From the NCBI RefSeq assembly GCF_018977255.1, contig NW_024704742.1, positions 96,164,001 to 96,228,000 on the forward strand: DNA of 64,000 nt, in the 5' to 3' direction. The position numbers were made by a program, and so were the translations under genes. The stretch's first letter is position 1, and each line of letters starts with the position of its first letter. Under the pieces are notes generated by a model that worked only from the letters and a program-made list of their open reading frames with translations, did no database searches and was not told where the DNA came from. This document shows, one piece after another, positions 38,190 to 51,071 of the stretch. The DNA is from Callorhinchus milii (lineage: Eukaryota).

Positions 38190-38580
38190 CCACAAAACAC
38201 GGTTACTCCACTTTACAGTATATCTTTAAAGTATATCCTGTGAAGCGCTTGAGACACGAAAGGCGCAATATCAAATGTAAGGATTATTATTATTATTATT
38301 TAATATACTGGCCTCATGCATGTCCTTCGTTCCCTCCATTCCATTGACGGCAGCCGTGCTTTCAGCCACTACGTCCCGAAATTATGGAATTCTCTGCCTC
38401 AATCCCTCCACCTTGCCTCCTCCTTCCCATCTTTAGATTACACCTGAAGAACATCCTATTCAGCTATGCCTACAATCACCTCCCCCTTCTTTCCAGCTAA
38501 GTGTCCAGCGCTGCCACTGTTACGTGCTGCGACACACTACCTCGCATAAAGGGCACCATACGCAAGTTGTCGTTGTTGTA
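38190..38580 (+). mobile_element. SINE 3' tail followed by an L2 3' fragment
   Basis: AAGCGCTTGAGACACGAAAGGCGCAATATCAAAT..(TTA)n, then GCTTTCAGCCACTACGTCCCGAAATTATGGAATTCTCT..CAAGTTGTCGTTGTTG. Confidence 0.75.
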
Positions 38581-39479
38581 TATATAGTGCCATCTCAGTG
38601 AACCCACCAGGCTAGCTACAATGTAACAAGATCAGACTGCAGTGTGATGTAAGAAGCAGCAGCACATTTACAAATAAATGTAGGAAAGGTTTAACAATTC
38701 TGGGATAGAAAATATAGAAACTGTTGAATAACGTGTCCAACTATTTAATGTTAGATACATAAAGAGAATTGAAATAGCAAGTCAGGATCATATGTTGCCT
38801 GCATTCTGACAAAACACACGGACAATTCTGCTAGTTAAACCTTGTCAGTCATTTCCATTTTCTAAAGATGCTCTTGCAACAACCTAATAGAAGCTGAACC
38901 AATTTATAAACTACGATACACTGATTTACTTTTCACACTGAATCTTCCACCTTTCTCTGTGTATCAGTTAAAATGAAAGCAAAAAATATTTTTAAATTCT
39001 GCTGAAGGTCTTAAATCTGATCTAAGAAATTCTGAAAAGTTTTTTCATAAATTCCCAGACTAGCTTTCCTTCTAGGTTGGCTCCCCAAACATTATACACT
39101 CAGGATAAAGCTATTTCAATTCAACAGATTCATCTACTAATAATGTGGAAAGCCTTCAGCATGTAGCCCTGGCAAAAGGTACTGATTAATAATGTAACAA
39201 GTGTCAATCTGGAATCTTCAGCTTGCTCAGTGCTGCTCAATAATCAATCTTACGCTGCTTTGTTCTCGTGCGGAGCCTGATTTCTATTTCCCGGTCTGCA
39301 TTGTTTTGAATTAAGGTCGGAAACAAAACCCCAACATCCAACTACAACATTCTGCACGCACACATCTGCTCACATGTGAAGAATACCAAAATCAGCTGTT
39401 ACCTTGTTAATGTTTATTAAAAAGATGCTGGCTTGACTACAGTATTTACAAAATGGTCCTTTGAAACTTCTCAAGAACT

Positions 39480-39870
39480 TCCAAGGGACCAAAGGGGTCT
39501 GAGCCCAATGCCAGTAACACTCATCACGTTTATACTGAGTTACTTGATCTCAACTGGGACAGGGCTAGGGACTAATATTGGCCTCAGAGCCCCCTTGACA
39601 GAGAAGGAAAATCAGACGTGGCTCTTGCTTCTGGTCACTATCCAATGATTCCCAACTGAACAGTTATGCATGCATATGTGGATGTTGGCTACAATAACCT
39701 TGACAAAAAGCCAATCAATATTCACTAGGCTCACACTAGACTCGAATGTGAAGAATGGCTGCTTGGCAGAGGTAATACAGGGCGTACCCAGCGTCTGTAA
39801 AGCTGTTCATAGCAGGAGTCATTGCCTTTAGCAAAGTATGGGAGAAATGGGAGAAAACTGGCAAAATAAA
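39480..39870 (+). mobile_element. Ancient SINE family C
   Basis: CTGAGTTACTTGATCTCA..GGAAAATCAG..CACTATCCAATGA..GAATGGCTG, colinear with the reverse complement of 2790-3170. Confidence 0.55.
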
Positions 39871-40261
39871 ATTTTCTCAGCTTGATCCAAGCCAGGAGCC
39901 AAGATTCATCAGAATTCTACTCACAATTGGCTAACCCACTCTGAGTTTCCACCTTTGGCTTACTGGCAGAGAGTACCAATGACAGGCAATTGGCTCTGTG
40001 GAAGTTAGCCTTCAACTCAAGTAGAATAGGACATGGGCTCAAAATTCTCTTCAGCTTCCGAATGCCACCCAAACAAAGAGATTTGTTGTTAATCCATGAA
40101 TGAACCAAAAACGCATGAAGTCATCAACTTCTCAATTACTTAACACTGATGCATCATATTATAAAATTCAGAACACAGTTCTTGTGAGACCTTTTGAGCT
40201 TCATCAATGCTTTTTGGGGTGAATTGTAAGACTCATTCACATAAGGGATGTTAATGCTGGC

Positions 40262-40646
40262 AATGGAACAATTTCCATTTCATTCACCCAGTGTATGTGT
40301 CAAGCACTCTTGGGTCAGGCATGTCATATGTCAAGTGTAGAGGAAAATTTCCCCTGTTCTATTCCAGCAATATTACTTAACTACAATATAAAAGAACACC
40401 CTTCACTACACCAGGGTGATATTTCAATTTCAAACGCTTGCCATGCTTGTGAGATTGCCAATTAATGCCATATTAAAGGTAATTATACGCTTTGGTCCCT
40501 TGTCCATCAGAAACTAGGTTGAGTTTGCCCTTTTCAATTATTCCTTTACAATCAGCAGATAGAAGAAATTTTCATCCCATCAATCTGGAATGGATGCAAA
40601 CCCAGGTCCCTGAGGTGAAGGACAATGCTTTAAGCCTAGTGCACTT
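40262..40646 (-). mobile_element. LF-SINE-like ancient SINE
   Basis: The minus strand reads CCTTCACCTCAGGGACCTGGGTTTGCATCCA..GATGGGATGAAA, matching the copies at 4215 and 12330. Confidence 0.55.
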
Positions 40647-41026
40647 CAGGATCCTCCTTTCAGTTAGTTAATGTGAATTATGAAGCCAACCTTAATTGCA
40701 TCTTTACTAACACCCAGGAATTTTTGTAGGGTGCTGACTAATATTAACAATCTTTACATTAGATATGGAGCCTTTCACATTGGGAATGACTGAACAAAGC
40801 ATTTCTCAGGATTCACTGTCATGTGAAGTGACTTTGTATTATGTAGGCAACAAATAAGTTATGTTTAAAGAGTTTTGCTTGTCTGCAAAGCTGGGCTACT
40901 TGAGACTTTAGGAAGGCGTCTCCTAAATCATTTTTGGATGAGTTATCAAATCAAAACCACCATTAACTAATGGTGATAATAAATAGGATCAGGGCAAGAT
41001 GAATATTAGTTGTGAGATCAATAATC

Positions 41027-41510
41027 GTGGAGTTCTGTAGCGTATTGGTTGTGTAGTCCTGTAGCATATCGGTTACAGCACTCGTCTCAACAGCAAGAGA
41101 ACCTGGGTTCAATTCCCAGGCAGGGGGAAACCTTAGGCAAGTTTCTTTACTTCACACCGTAAATAGGAACTCGGTTGTTAGTCGATTGGTGGGTTGTTTT
41201 CCAGGGGTAATAATCCCTTCAAAAATAATGATACTAATAATAATTTGGTCACTCAATCCATGACTGTTTACGGGAATGGCTGTCATGTTTCACCCACAAC
41301 ATATACAGTCAATTTACTTTACAGTATATTCTGTGAAGCACTTTGAAACATCTCTAAGATGTGATAAGGCACTATATCAAATACAAGGATTATTATTATT
41401 ATTAAAATTTACAGTCAATTCACCTCAGAATATTCTGTGAAATGCTTTGAGACTCTCAATGACATGATAAGTGCTCTATATCAAATACAACGATTATTAT
41501 TATTATAATA
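41027..41510 (+). mobile_element. tRNA SINE (long-type) with duplicated 24-bp head and a second tandem 3' tail
   Basis: T-arm CTGGG-TTCAATT-CCCAG, a first tail ending near 41404 and a second tail at 41409-41506. Confidence 0.85.
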
Positions 41511-43572
41511 AACTCAAGTGTCTATCTAAAGAGTCACTTGAAGTCGTGTATAGTACTCCCTGTGTTAAACTATATGTGTTTGCTGTGTTTTAAGAGATAT
41601 TGTAAAGAAACTGATATCCATCTGTCAATCGAGGCTTGGAATCAATAAAGGAAACAAACAGGGGATTTATTCCTTTATCATCTATACAGAATCTAAAGGT
41701 GATGATGGAAATTTGTAACTACATAAAAATTCATTATTTTACTTTCTGTAGGATGGTGTTAAAAATCAGATTCATGAGCACTCCTTAGAAGTTCACCATG
41801 AAGTAATGGAAGTGGCTTAACAATGTTTGTCCTACATTGCTTGAACAGTTTGTTTTTAAGTGCATGCTGTTCAATAAATTATTGAAAGAATTCCTCGCTG
41901 CTGTTTTTTTCAGCACCAGCTGATATTTCACACTCACTTCCTGCTACTTTGCCACATTTAATTGGTTGATACGTTCTTTTGTATCAGGCAGAGTAATTGC
42001 TCCAGTATTGATAGGCGTACGTTCTTTCAATTGGAGGCTGTTTTGTGCGATCTAAGTAAAGTATATGTTTCATTTGATAAGCAATTTGCTGTGTTGTTGA
42101 TTTGGCTGTTATTTTGCTTCCTTACTTTGGCTACTTTACAATGCGGCATTCTGCCTGGTGTATTGACTATCTCTCAGGTCCTCTTAATTAACTTTTTGGC
42201 TGTTGCTGCTGCTATTTACAGCTGAGCCAGTTAATTTTTAGGGTTTTTCTTTTCATTTGCCTGGTAAGGTTCCAATACCTTTCTGGACTAAGTTATACTG
42301 TGGTGCATTTATACTGTTGGAAACAAAGCCTCTTTATTCCCAGCAGTACATTGATGTTGACTGTGAAGCCTGGTTTATGCTTCCTGCTGCATATTGCATT
42401 GATCGATGGTCATAACAAAGTAAAGCTCCGCATTTGTTCTTTCTGCCCATGTACACATCATCAAAATTGAGTGTTAGTGATTCATCCTTAATAACATTTT
42501 AACAAAGGTCCCTAAAAAGTTTGTGGGTGGTCCAGCTTTCAAATGACCACAGAGCTAAGTGAGTTCAACATGATTTGTGTGTGCTGTGTTTGTTCTGCAA
42601 GGGGCAGGGGTGGTTGGGGAGGGGTCATGGGGGTGGTTGGAAAAGATCAGAATGCTCTTGAAACCACTTCCCCATATTGGGTCATCCAACTTTTGACCAA
42701 AACCACTTTCTTCCCTCTGTGAAATATTGCTGCCCTCCTATCTCACCCCTTCTATAGCTAATCAATGCCTTCATCTCATCAAGGTTAAAAGGTTAGTAAT
42801 TCCACCAAAGTCAAAATGTTTGCTGTTTTTCTTCAAATGTCAATTTGCATCCAGGAAGTTTGAGGCTGTTAGCATGAGTTTGTGGGATACACACAAGCAA
42901 TGCCAGACCTCTTAGACACCATCTGAATTGTCAACCAAATAAACCTTCACTTGCCATCCAAAACCCCTGATTGTCCAGAGTTTAAGGGTTTCATGTAGGA
43001 CTCTGAGGGTAACTAAGATCACCGTTACTCTTAATGTTGTAACATACTTTACATCATTTTTCTATAGATAAGGATCAGAGCATACATTTGTGGGTATTCT
43101 AAGCACAATCCATTCTAACCACAATACATTACTCAGATTTCTATCAATATTCTTTGTGATACTTTCAACTCAAAAATTGAATCCCGATTCATGCCATGGT
43201 ATTGACTAGAATGTCTTGAATACTGTAGTTAAATTAATAAAATACTGTGGGACACTGCTGTGCGTAGGTGGCTACTGAGTTTCACCAATAAAATATAATC
43301 AATTCACTTTACAGTATATTCTGTAATTTGAGACGTCTCAATGACATGATAAGGCGCTATATCAAATGCAAAGATTATTATTATTATTATTAATGTGTCT
43401 ATTTCTAGACTCAGATTATCTGCTGAGTTAAGGTTATGTTTATAGAGTCTGTGAGGAATCATGGAATTTTACGTGGCATTTTCATTTTACTGAAACTAGA
43501 TGTTTTGAGGGTTAGTAGGCCGTGCAACACTGCATTACTGAGCTTCATGAGTTCTTTCCAGTCCTCTCCGTA

Positions 43573-44203
43573 GCAATCACCCGACTCCACCATTACCTCA
43601 CCCCTCAGGTCGCTGAAACTCTTGTTCATGCCTTCATCGCCTCCAGGCTCGACTATGCAAACGCCCGTCTTGTCGGCCGTCCCAACTCCTCCCTCCACAG
43701 GCTGCAGATAATCCAGAACTCTGTAGTCCGCACCAAACTCCGTGACACCATCTCCCCCACTCTCGTGCTGCCTATCCTTCAAAGGATCCAGTTCAAGATC
43801 CTGGTCCTCACATACAAAGCCCTCCATGGCCTCGCCCCACCCTACCTCTGCGACCTCCTAACCCCCTAGCAATCCGCCCGTTCCCTCCGCTCAGCCGGCT
43901 CTGGCCTGCTCCACGTCCCCTGACCCACCCGCCCCACCATTGGTGGGAAAGCCTTCAGCTACTCTACCCCCAACCTCTAGAATTCCATCCCTCAGTCACG
44001 CCACCTCACCCTCTCTTTATCCTCTTTTAAGTCCCGCCTCAAAACCTTCCTCTTCGACCATGCCATCGGCCACCACGCTTCCCCTCCCCTCCCTTCCCCC
44101 CCAACCCCAGCTCGGGTTTGAAATGCTGTACTCTGTCCAGCGCCTTGGGACGTCCTCCCAACATGAAAGGCGCGATACAAATGTATTCTTGTTGTTGTTG
44201 TTG
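43573..44203 (+). mobile_element. 5'-truncated L2 LINE
   Basis: RLHHYLTPQVAETLVHAFIASRLDYAN..RIQFKILVLTYKALHGLAPPYL, with a 3' stem-loop and (TTG)n tail. Confidence 0.93.
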
Positions 44204-44397
44204 ATGGAGTCAGGTTGGGTTAGGTTGTGTTGGGCTCCCAGGAGCTAGATTAGAATTGTGCATGTACAGTATTCACTTGTATGTGTATGTGCATGGTTTT
44301 GTGGGCAGGCAATAGGAAGGGGAATAGGTGTTGTGATGCAGACGGCCAGATCTGTCTGGTTCTATTCTGATGTATTTTGGAGAGCATGGGTATTATA

Positions 44398-44633
44398 TAA
44401 TAATAATAATAATCATCATCATTTTTGGGTTTGATATAATACCTTATCATGTGTTGAGATATAATTTTTTTCTTTTGTCGGGATTAGTACCCCCGCAAAG
44501 CTACCTACTTACTGATAGGTAAACAGAGGCATGTGGAGTAAACAAACTTGCCTAAGGTTTTGTCCTGGCCGGGAATTGAACCCAAGTCCTCTGGCTTGTG
44601 AGGTGAAAGCGTTAACTATTAGGCTACGGGTCT
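44398..44633 (-). mobile_element. tRNA SINE, long subfamily, internally deleted
   Basis: Head and central segment GTAAACAGAGGCATGTGGAGTAAACAAACTTGCCTAAGG joined to the tail. The Deu part is missing. Confidence 0.75.
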
Positions 44634-45474
44634 TAGTTGGTGCTACTGGGGAGAAATTCACTGAAGCCTAGATTTATTCTGTTCACATAGCATTTTGGGT
44701 TGACCAGAATTTGGTAAATTGTTGAATTCAACCTTAACTTTGAAGTCAGTTTACAGCAGTTCTTAAAACAATTACAGAAAACTGGCTTTAAAATTAGAGC
44801 AGTATTTAAGACTTTGCAAAATTTTGGATGCTCTGATATGTTAAGTTACTGGAGTAATTCTAAACTTAAATGGAATTTTTCTTCACATATGTAGAGATTG
44901 GTGCAATTGGCCTTTGTGTGCTGGCAGGGCTATCTTGTATTCAAGTGCACGGTAATTACATATCGCTACTACCTAACCATTAGAATGCCATTTTCAGATT
45001 TTTTTGTGTGTTAATTTACTGCTGACAGCAAGTTAAGCCATGAAATGAGAACATGTTTTCGATAATTGCTTTAAGCAGCTTAACTAGCTGGAAATTAAGC
45101 TCTTGATCCCAATATGTTACCACGCTGCAAAAGCCATCTTCCGAAGAATGGCATTGCTGAGATTTCAAAAGATGCTGAGAGTCAAGACTCAGAGAGCAAG
45201 AAGCTGAGCTCATCATGAAGGAGACCTCCTTTGTGCCTATCTCTAGAGGAAATTGGTGGCTGTAAGATTGGAAATGGCAGCATTGATTCCGGTATGTCGT
45301 ATACAATATATACAAATACCAATACAGATTCTAGTACTTGCAAAACCAAATTCAACATGGAATAAATATATGGAATTCCAATATATAAAATACAAATGTT
45401 ACGACAAGTTTACATAGAATCTGTAATTTCTGATAGCAACATGCTGAACTCTCTCTAGGGTGATATGCTTAGCA

Positions 45475-45657
45475 ATGGAATGTAAGACCTCTGTAGTGGT
45501 CTCGGTAGTTTGTTCCTTAGTCAGGCATGTCTGTGGTACTCCAGAGCACTGCTGAGGACAGACCAGCAAGCCTGTCTCATCGGCAAGATGAGGAGAGGCA
45601 AGAATTCTTCCTACTCAGCTCTTGTTAACTCTACAAGCCAAAGCCCTAATGGGTAGG
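45475..45657. repeat. Unclassified interspersed repeat, paralog of 23850-24025
   Basis: CCTCTGTAGTGGTCTCGGTAGT..GCACTGCT matches the reverse complement CCTCTGTGGCGGCCTCGGTAGT..GCACTGCT of the 23.9-kb copy. Confidence 0.75.
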
Positions 45658-45868
45658 GTGTCACAATCACCCAATCATTCCTAATCAATAATCAAAAGGA
45701 ATCGTTGAATGTTCAAAGTTTTATACAAATAACTCAATTTTCAAAGAATGCTGGCTTCCCTCTGAACCCTATGTACACTGAAACATACCTACCAGATTCA
45801 TGGAACTGTAGAGGTGTACAACATAGAAGGAGCCCATTTTTCCCATTCTGCTTGAGCAACTCATTCAG

Positions 45869-46412
45869 TTCCAATGCCCTCCTCGCTGGTCTCCCATCCA
45901 CTACCATCCATTAAATCCAAATCATTCAAAACTCTGCCGCCTGCATTCTCACCCGCACGAAACTCCGCTGCCCGATCACCCCAGTCCTTGCCAGACTACA
46001 CTGGCTCCCTATCCCAGAGAGGATCGATTTCAAAATCCTCACCTTTGTATTCAAGTCCTTGCACTCCTCTGCAACCCCTTACCTCTCTGACCTCCTCTCT
46101 CCTCAAAACAGCACCCGTTGCCTTCGTTCCTCCGGGTCTGGCCTCCTCCTCGTCCCCCGAGTCCTCCTCGGCGGCCGTGCCTTCAGCCTCTATCCCCCGA
46201 GGCTCTGGAACTGCCTTCCTCACTTCCTTCGTCTCACTCCCTCTCTTCCCATTTTCAGGTCTCTGCTGAAGACCTTTCTTTTTGACCGCGCCTTTGGTCA
46301 CTTTCCTCCCCTTCCCCCTGGCTCAGTCCTGGGATCCATTACTGTAAAGCGCCCTGAGATACCATCCGGCGTGGAGGGCACTCTATAAATCCAAGTTGTT
46401 GATGTTGTTGTT
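45869..46412 (+). mobile_element. 5'-truncated L2 LINE (subfamily B tail)
   Basis: Encodes NALLAGLP..IQNSAA..LHWLPIPERIDFKIL and ends ATAAATCCAAGTTGTTG. Confidence 0.92.
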
Positions 46413-47182
46413 CCATGCTCCTGCCTTTTCCCATTCCATGTGTCAGGAAAACCACCATTTGCATGTGTTATACCACATACTTAATCGTAGCTTCAACGTC
46501 CAGTAGCCTTAAGATGATTACAAGCTTAGGTGTAGCTGCCAAGTTCACCAATAAACTCTTGCTAGCGAAGTCAGTCGCTGGCATTTCAGCAACATTTCTA
46601 TGGTTTGACTTCAACTCCATTTTGGGCCTGTAAAATATAATGTTTAAAAAGAGCTTTAACCCACCTTGGAGCACACATAGTTATCCCTTTAATGTTGGTT
46701 CTTATGACTGATTGTAGGTTAAATTATAATNAAAAAACATAATTTACTTCCCAGACAAACTGGCTCTGAAAGAGTCTAGCAGAGTAATTCCAGATTTTTG
46801 GATGGGTTTCCAAAATTGAGATTTTTATGTTCTCTCTATGCCAGACTCAGTAAAAAATTTTAGTTCTGTTAAACTGATGCAATAGTTGGAATCAGATTAG
46901 TAAATTCTTGGCTGTAACATTTTGTTGTTAACAATGTAATTAATCTTATTGATTTTAATAAAATGCAAGTGTTTCATCTAAAGATAATCTCCTAATCCAG
47001 TATCTATCTTGACAATAAGGACATGGCACGCAAGGTAACATACAGCCCACATCATAATATCATGTTAAATCAGTCAGGATCTGACCTATTTTTATTTTGT
47101 TAACAATTCTTTTCCAAATCTTCTTTAGCAGGGTAAAGTTGTGTTTGTGTGTGTGTGTGTCTAAGTTGAGGGGAGTTAATGG

Positions 47183-47842
47183 TGATAATAGTCCTTGCAC
47201 TAGATATGGTGTCTTTTCACATCATCAAAACGTCTTAAAACGCTTCACAGGACTCACTGAAGTCTATTTAGAGTCCTGTAGCTCAGTGGTTAGAGCACTC
47301 GCTTTGTAAGCGAGAGACCTGAGTTCAATTCCAGGCAGGGCGAAACCTTGGGCAAGTTTGCTTACTCCACACACCTAATAATAATCCCTCCAAAACCAAA
47401 AACAATAATAAATTGGTCATTTTCAATCTACGACTGTTTGTGGGACATTGCTGTGCACAATTGGCTGCCGCGTTCGCCCACAAATATACAGTCAATTCAC
47501 TTTACAGTGTGTTTCTGTGAAGTGCTTTGGGACGTCCTCCCGACGTGAAAAGCGCTATATCAAATGCAAGGATTATAAACACAGCCAATTTGTGCACAGC
47601 AATACCCACAAACAGCCATGAGGTGAATGACCAATTTTATCTGGAGGTTTGTTGGTCAGGACTCTGGAACAAACTCCCTTTTCTTTTTGAACAGTGCCAT
47701 GGTATCTTTAATATCTGAACATGTAGCGCTCCTTCAGCTCTGTACCAGATTGTCAGCCTTGACAATGAGCTCACATAAGGCTTGAACGCACAATCATCTG
47801 ACTCAGAAGTAAGAGTGTTACCAACTGAGCATGTTTGACACC
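47183..47842 (-). mobile_element. Older Deu SINE split by a young SINE
   Basis: Tail at 47183-47268. Deu domain and head at 47578-47842 (CTGACTCAGAAGTAAGAGTGTTACCAACTGAGC). Confidence 0.78.
47271..47577 (+). mobile_element. Young tRNA SINE, short subfamily
   Basis: Near-identical to the copies at 7161 and 20996. Confidence 0.93.
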
Positions 47843-48012
47843 ACAGAGAGAACTAGACAAATTACAGCACCAAATGAGGTAATTTGGTTCATCCAGACTA
47901 TGGTTGGTGCCAGTTCCTCCTCCGTCTCACTATGATCACCATCCACTCCTTTCCATATCCGCTTATATTGTTTGTCTTTAAACGTTTATCTTAAAATAAA
48001 AGAATAAAAAAA

Positions 48013-48581
48013 AATGTCAGGATAAAGCATTGATTTGAATAATGAATGAGAAACTTTGATGTCTGAGTGTAAGGGCACAGGAATCATACAAGATCACAAG
48101 AGAGATTCGGATGCCAAAGCCCTTCTGCCCATTTGATCTCATCCTTTTGGAATGCCCACCCTCCCATCGTAGCATTTAGCTGTTTGGTGATTGAGTCCAG
48201 CATCCTGGTCTCAGAAGTTCAAGTTTGAGGAACCTTTTATTTGTCAAAATACTTGTCTCAGGCAAGCGAGTTCAATCATTTCTTGGCTGGATGGATCACC
48301 GTCTGCTAGCAATGGTATGCAGTCCATTTCTGAAGGAAGTCGAGAGACAGAAGAACTGATAGTCCCTGACTGATCTTGCTCAAATTGTATCTGGTTGTTT
48401 GTTGAATACCATTGATAACAGTGAAAGGGAAAAGTCCTAAACTGCAAACCAAAGTATTCTGCTGTTATGATCAAAGTGGTAATGGTAGGATGGAGGAAAC
48501 AGCAGCACTCGTGGTAAATCAAAGAATAAAAAAATAAACAAAGACAAAATAATGTCAGGATAAAGCATTGATTTGAATAAT
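48013..48581. repeat. Perfect 31-bp direct repeat, 538 bp apart
   Basis: AATGTCAGGATAAAGCATTGATTTGAATAAT at 48013-48043 and 48551-48581. Confidence 0.9.
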
Positions 48582-50714
48582 TAATGCACTTTGTCATGAA
48601 AGAGCAAATCTTTGCTGCTTGACCTTTAAAGTATTTTTAATTATGTTTCATTCTTCTGATGAAGTAATTCTCATTAGAGAGTCTCCATTCCCTGGAGAAT
48701 TCTCTATCTGTGATAGACTCTTTGACTGTGTAAAACTAATTAGTTTGCTGTCTCACAAATGCCAGATTAAAGATAGTTTTGTCCACACAGTTTTTCCATT
48801 TATGCAGTGAGATACCACTTCATTTCTAAAACAGATTTTGTCGTTTTACATGGGCTGAATCTCAGTGGAAACTGATTTATCTCCAGAGTTGTTTTATATT
48901 CAAACTAAATCCAAACTCTGATGATCTGTACCAGGTTACATGGTGAATTGCTATTTGAAGCAGCTATTATTATGGACTGAATTCAGACCAGCCTTTGAAA
49001 GGAGCTGCATGTTTTAAACATTTTTAGTCTTTACATTGGAATTTGAATCAGATGCTTCTACAGAGGAGAGTACCGTTTTCTTGTTTCCTAATGTACCCTG
49101 CTATTGAGAGTCCTTTGATATGATCACTCTGGTCTCCAGCCTTTTGGAGCCTTGGATTACTATTTCTAGAAAACACTGAAATCCAGATTCTATAATTGGG
49201 TAGTTTCCTTGGTTTTCCCTGTCCAATTCCTATGATAATTTTCAACATCAATCTTTATAAGTTTTATCTAGTTACAAGTCAGTATTTTTCTTTTGTGTTT
49301 CTCCTACACTTATCAAAGAGAAGTGCAGTATTACTCAAGGAGGTGCTTTCAGTCTAAAGTCCTTTCAGTATAGATTGCTCCACCCCACCCCCCTCTATAA
49401 TTTATATAATTTAACATATATGTTACATTGGCAACATTGGTGTCATGCTCCGCCACTGTCAAGCGCTCTGGGATGCTATCCTGCATGAGGGGCGCTATAT
49501 AAATGCAAGTTGTTGTTGTACATTGTTGGACCCTGGCTCACAAACACAATGGATCAATTGTCCCAATAATAATCCTCCCATGTGGTATAGCGCTTTATAT
49601 CGCTGAGATGCCTCAAACACTTTACTGTAAAGTGATGTGACTGTGTGTATTTTGTGGGCAATGAATATTAACGCTGAAAGTAAAACCTTTAGTGGGGCAG
49701 ATTGAATAGCACTAGAGAATTTGATGAGAAAACAAACTGTAATGTAATGTAATGTGTAAAAAACCGAGATGATTTTATAAATAATAATTGACTCCATACA
49801 TTGTACTACATTAATTCAACCTTTTACTGATGTTATTTTTGGTGCAACGATTTACCCCCAATGCCCGCATATTTTCTTTTGTTGAGCTTGTGCACTGGGT
49901 GTGCAACAGCATGAGACATTCTGAGTTCAATTTTAATAATGATGCTCTATATTAAAGCACTGCACTGAAGCCTAGTGGAGAAAGTCAGAGCAAATCAGGA
50001 ATCAGACTGCAGTTATTTTTTTCTTATGTTTTATCACACAATCTACTCTCGCTATAATGCTTATATATGTAGCATGAGTCTAATTATAAGGCACATTTTT
50101 TATTGTTCCTATTTGTTTTCTTGAATGCCAGCATAATTTATTAGATGTTATTGTATACATTGATGTAACATCTTAGGTTTTCAATAAGCATTAATATATT
50201 GCCTTCCACAACAAGTGGAGATAAACATAATTTTACTGCTTGTACTGCATTTTCTCCTGTCAAGCTATGATGGTATATATTTTGCATCCAAATGCTATAT
50301 ACACAAAAGATACCTCAAAGTATATTATTACTGAGTTATGTAGAGTAGTCACATTACAACACTGCATACGGGATTGATTTGCGGTTCAGTTTTATATCTT
50401 AGCAATATAATGTAATTAAAACATTCAGGGTTTTCCATACCTTGATATAACATTGTAAACCCCATGGCTCCCCAAATAAGATCATTCGCTTTCAAAGTGC
50501 TGCAGCGAATCAACATCTGAGACAATGGTTCCCAATAGTTATGGGTGGCCCAAAATTTCACCTGGTTTTAGTCTGAAAGAGTATTTTCTCTTAAAATATG
50601 AGATCGATTAGTTTCTTAAATTTTAAGACAAAATGGTCTTACACATAGATGGAATTTCAGGTCCAGTAAGATTACGAATGAGACCTTTACCATTTAATAA
50701 GGATAATACTCCTA

Positions 50715-51071
50715 CATTTAAGTAACGGTATCTTGTGGGCAAAATGTGGCAGTCAGTTAAGCACAGCAGTGTCTCACAAACAGCCATGGAGTGAGTGACC
50801 AATTTTATTTGGGTGGGTTGTTGGCCAGGACACTGAGAGAAACTCCCTTCTGTTTTCAAATACTGCCATGGGATCTTTAACATCCACCTGAACAAGTAGA
50901 TGGACCTTAGTCTAACATCTCATCCGAAGGACAGCACCTCTAACAATGCAACACACCCCCAGCACTGCATTGAAGTGTCAACTTAGACTATGTGATTCCA
51001 AATCCTGATGTGGGGTTTGAACCCTCAACCTTCAGACTCAGAGGCAGGAGTGCACTGCACCAAACTGACAC
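50715..51071 (-). mobile_element. Older Deu-domain SINE
   Basis: GCACAGCAGTGTCTCACAAACAGCC..TGCCATGGGATCTTTAACATCCACCTGAAC..GGGTTTGAACCC..CTGACAC. Confidence 0.82.

Noticed and set aside
41752..41820. Strong acceptor TTTTACTTTCTGTAG followed by a short reading frame
   Set aside because: The 22-codon frame has no recognisable homology and no convincing donor.
48244..48597. 117-aa ORF on the minus strand
   Set aside because: No recognisable domain and a low-complexity AT-derived N-terminus. Probably a chance ORF.
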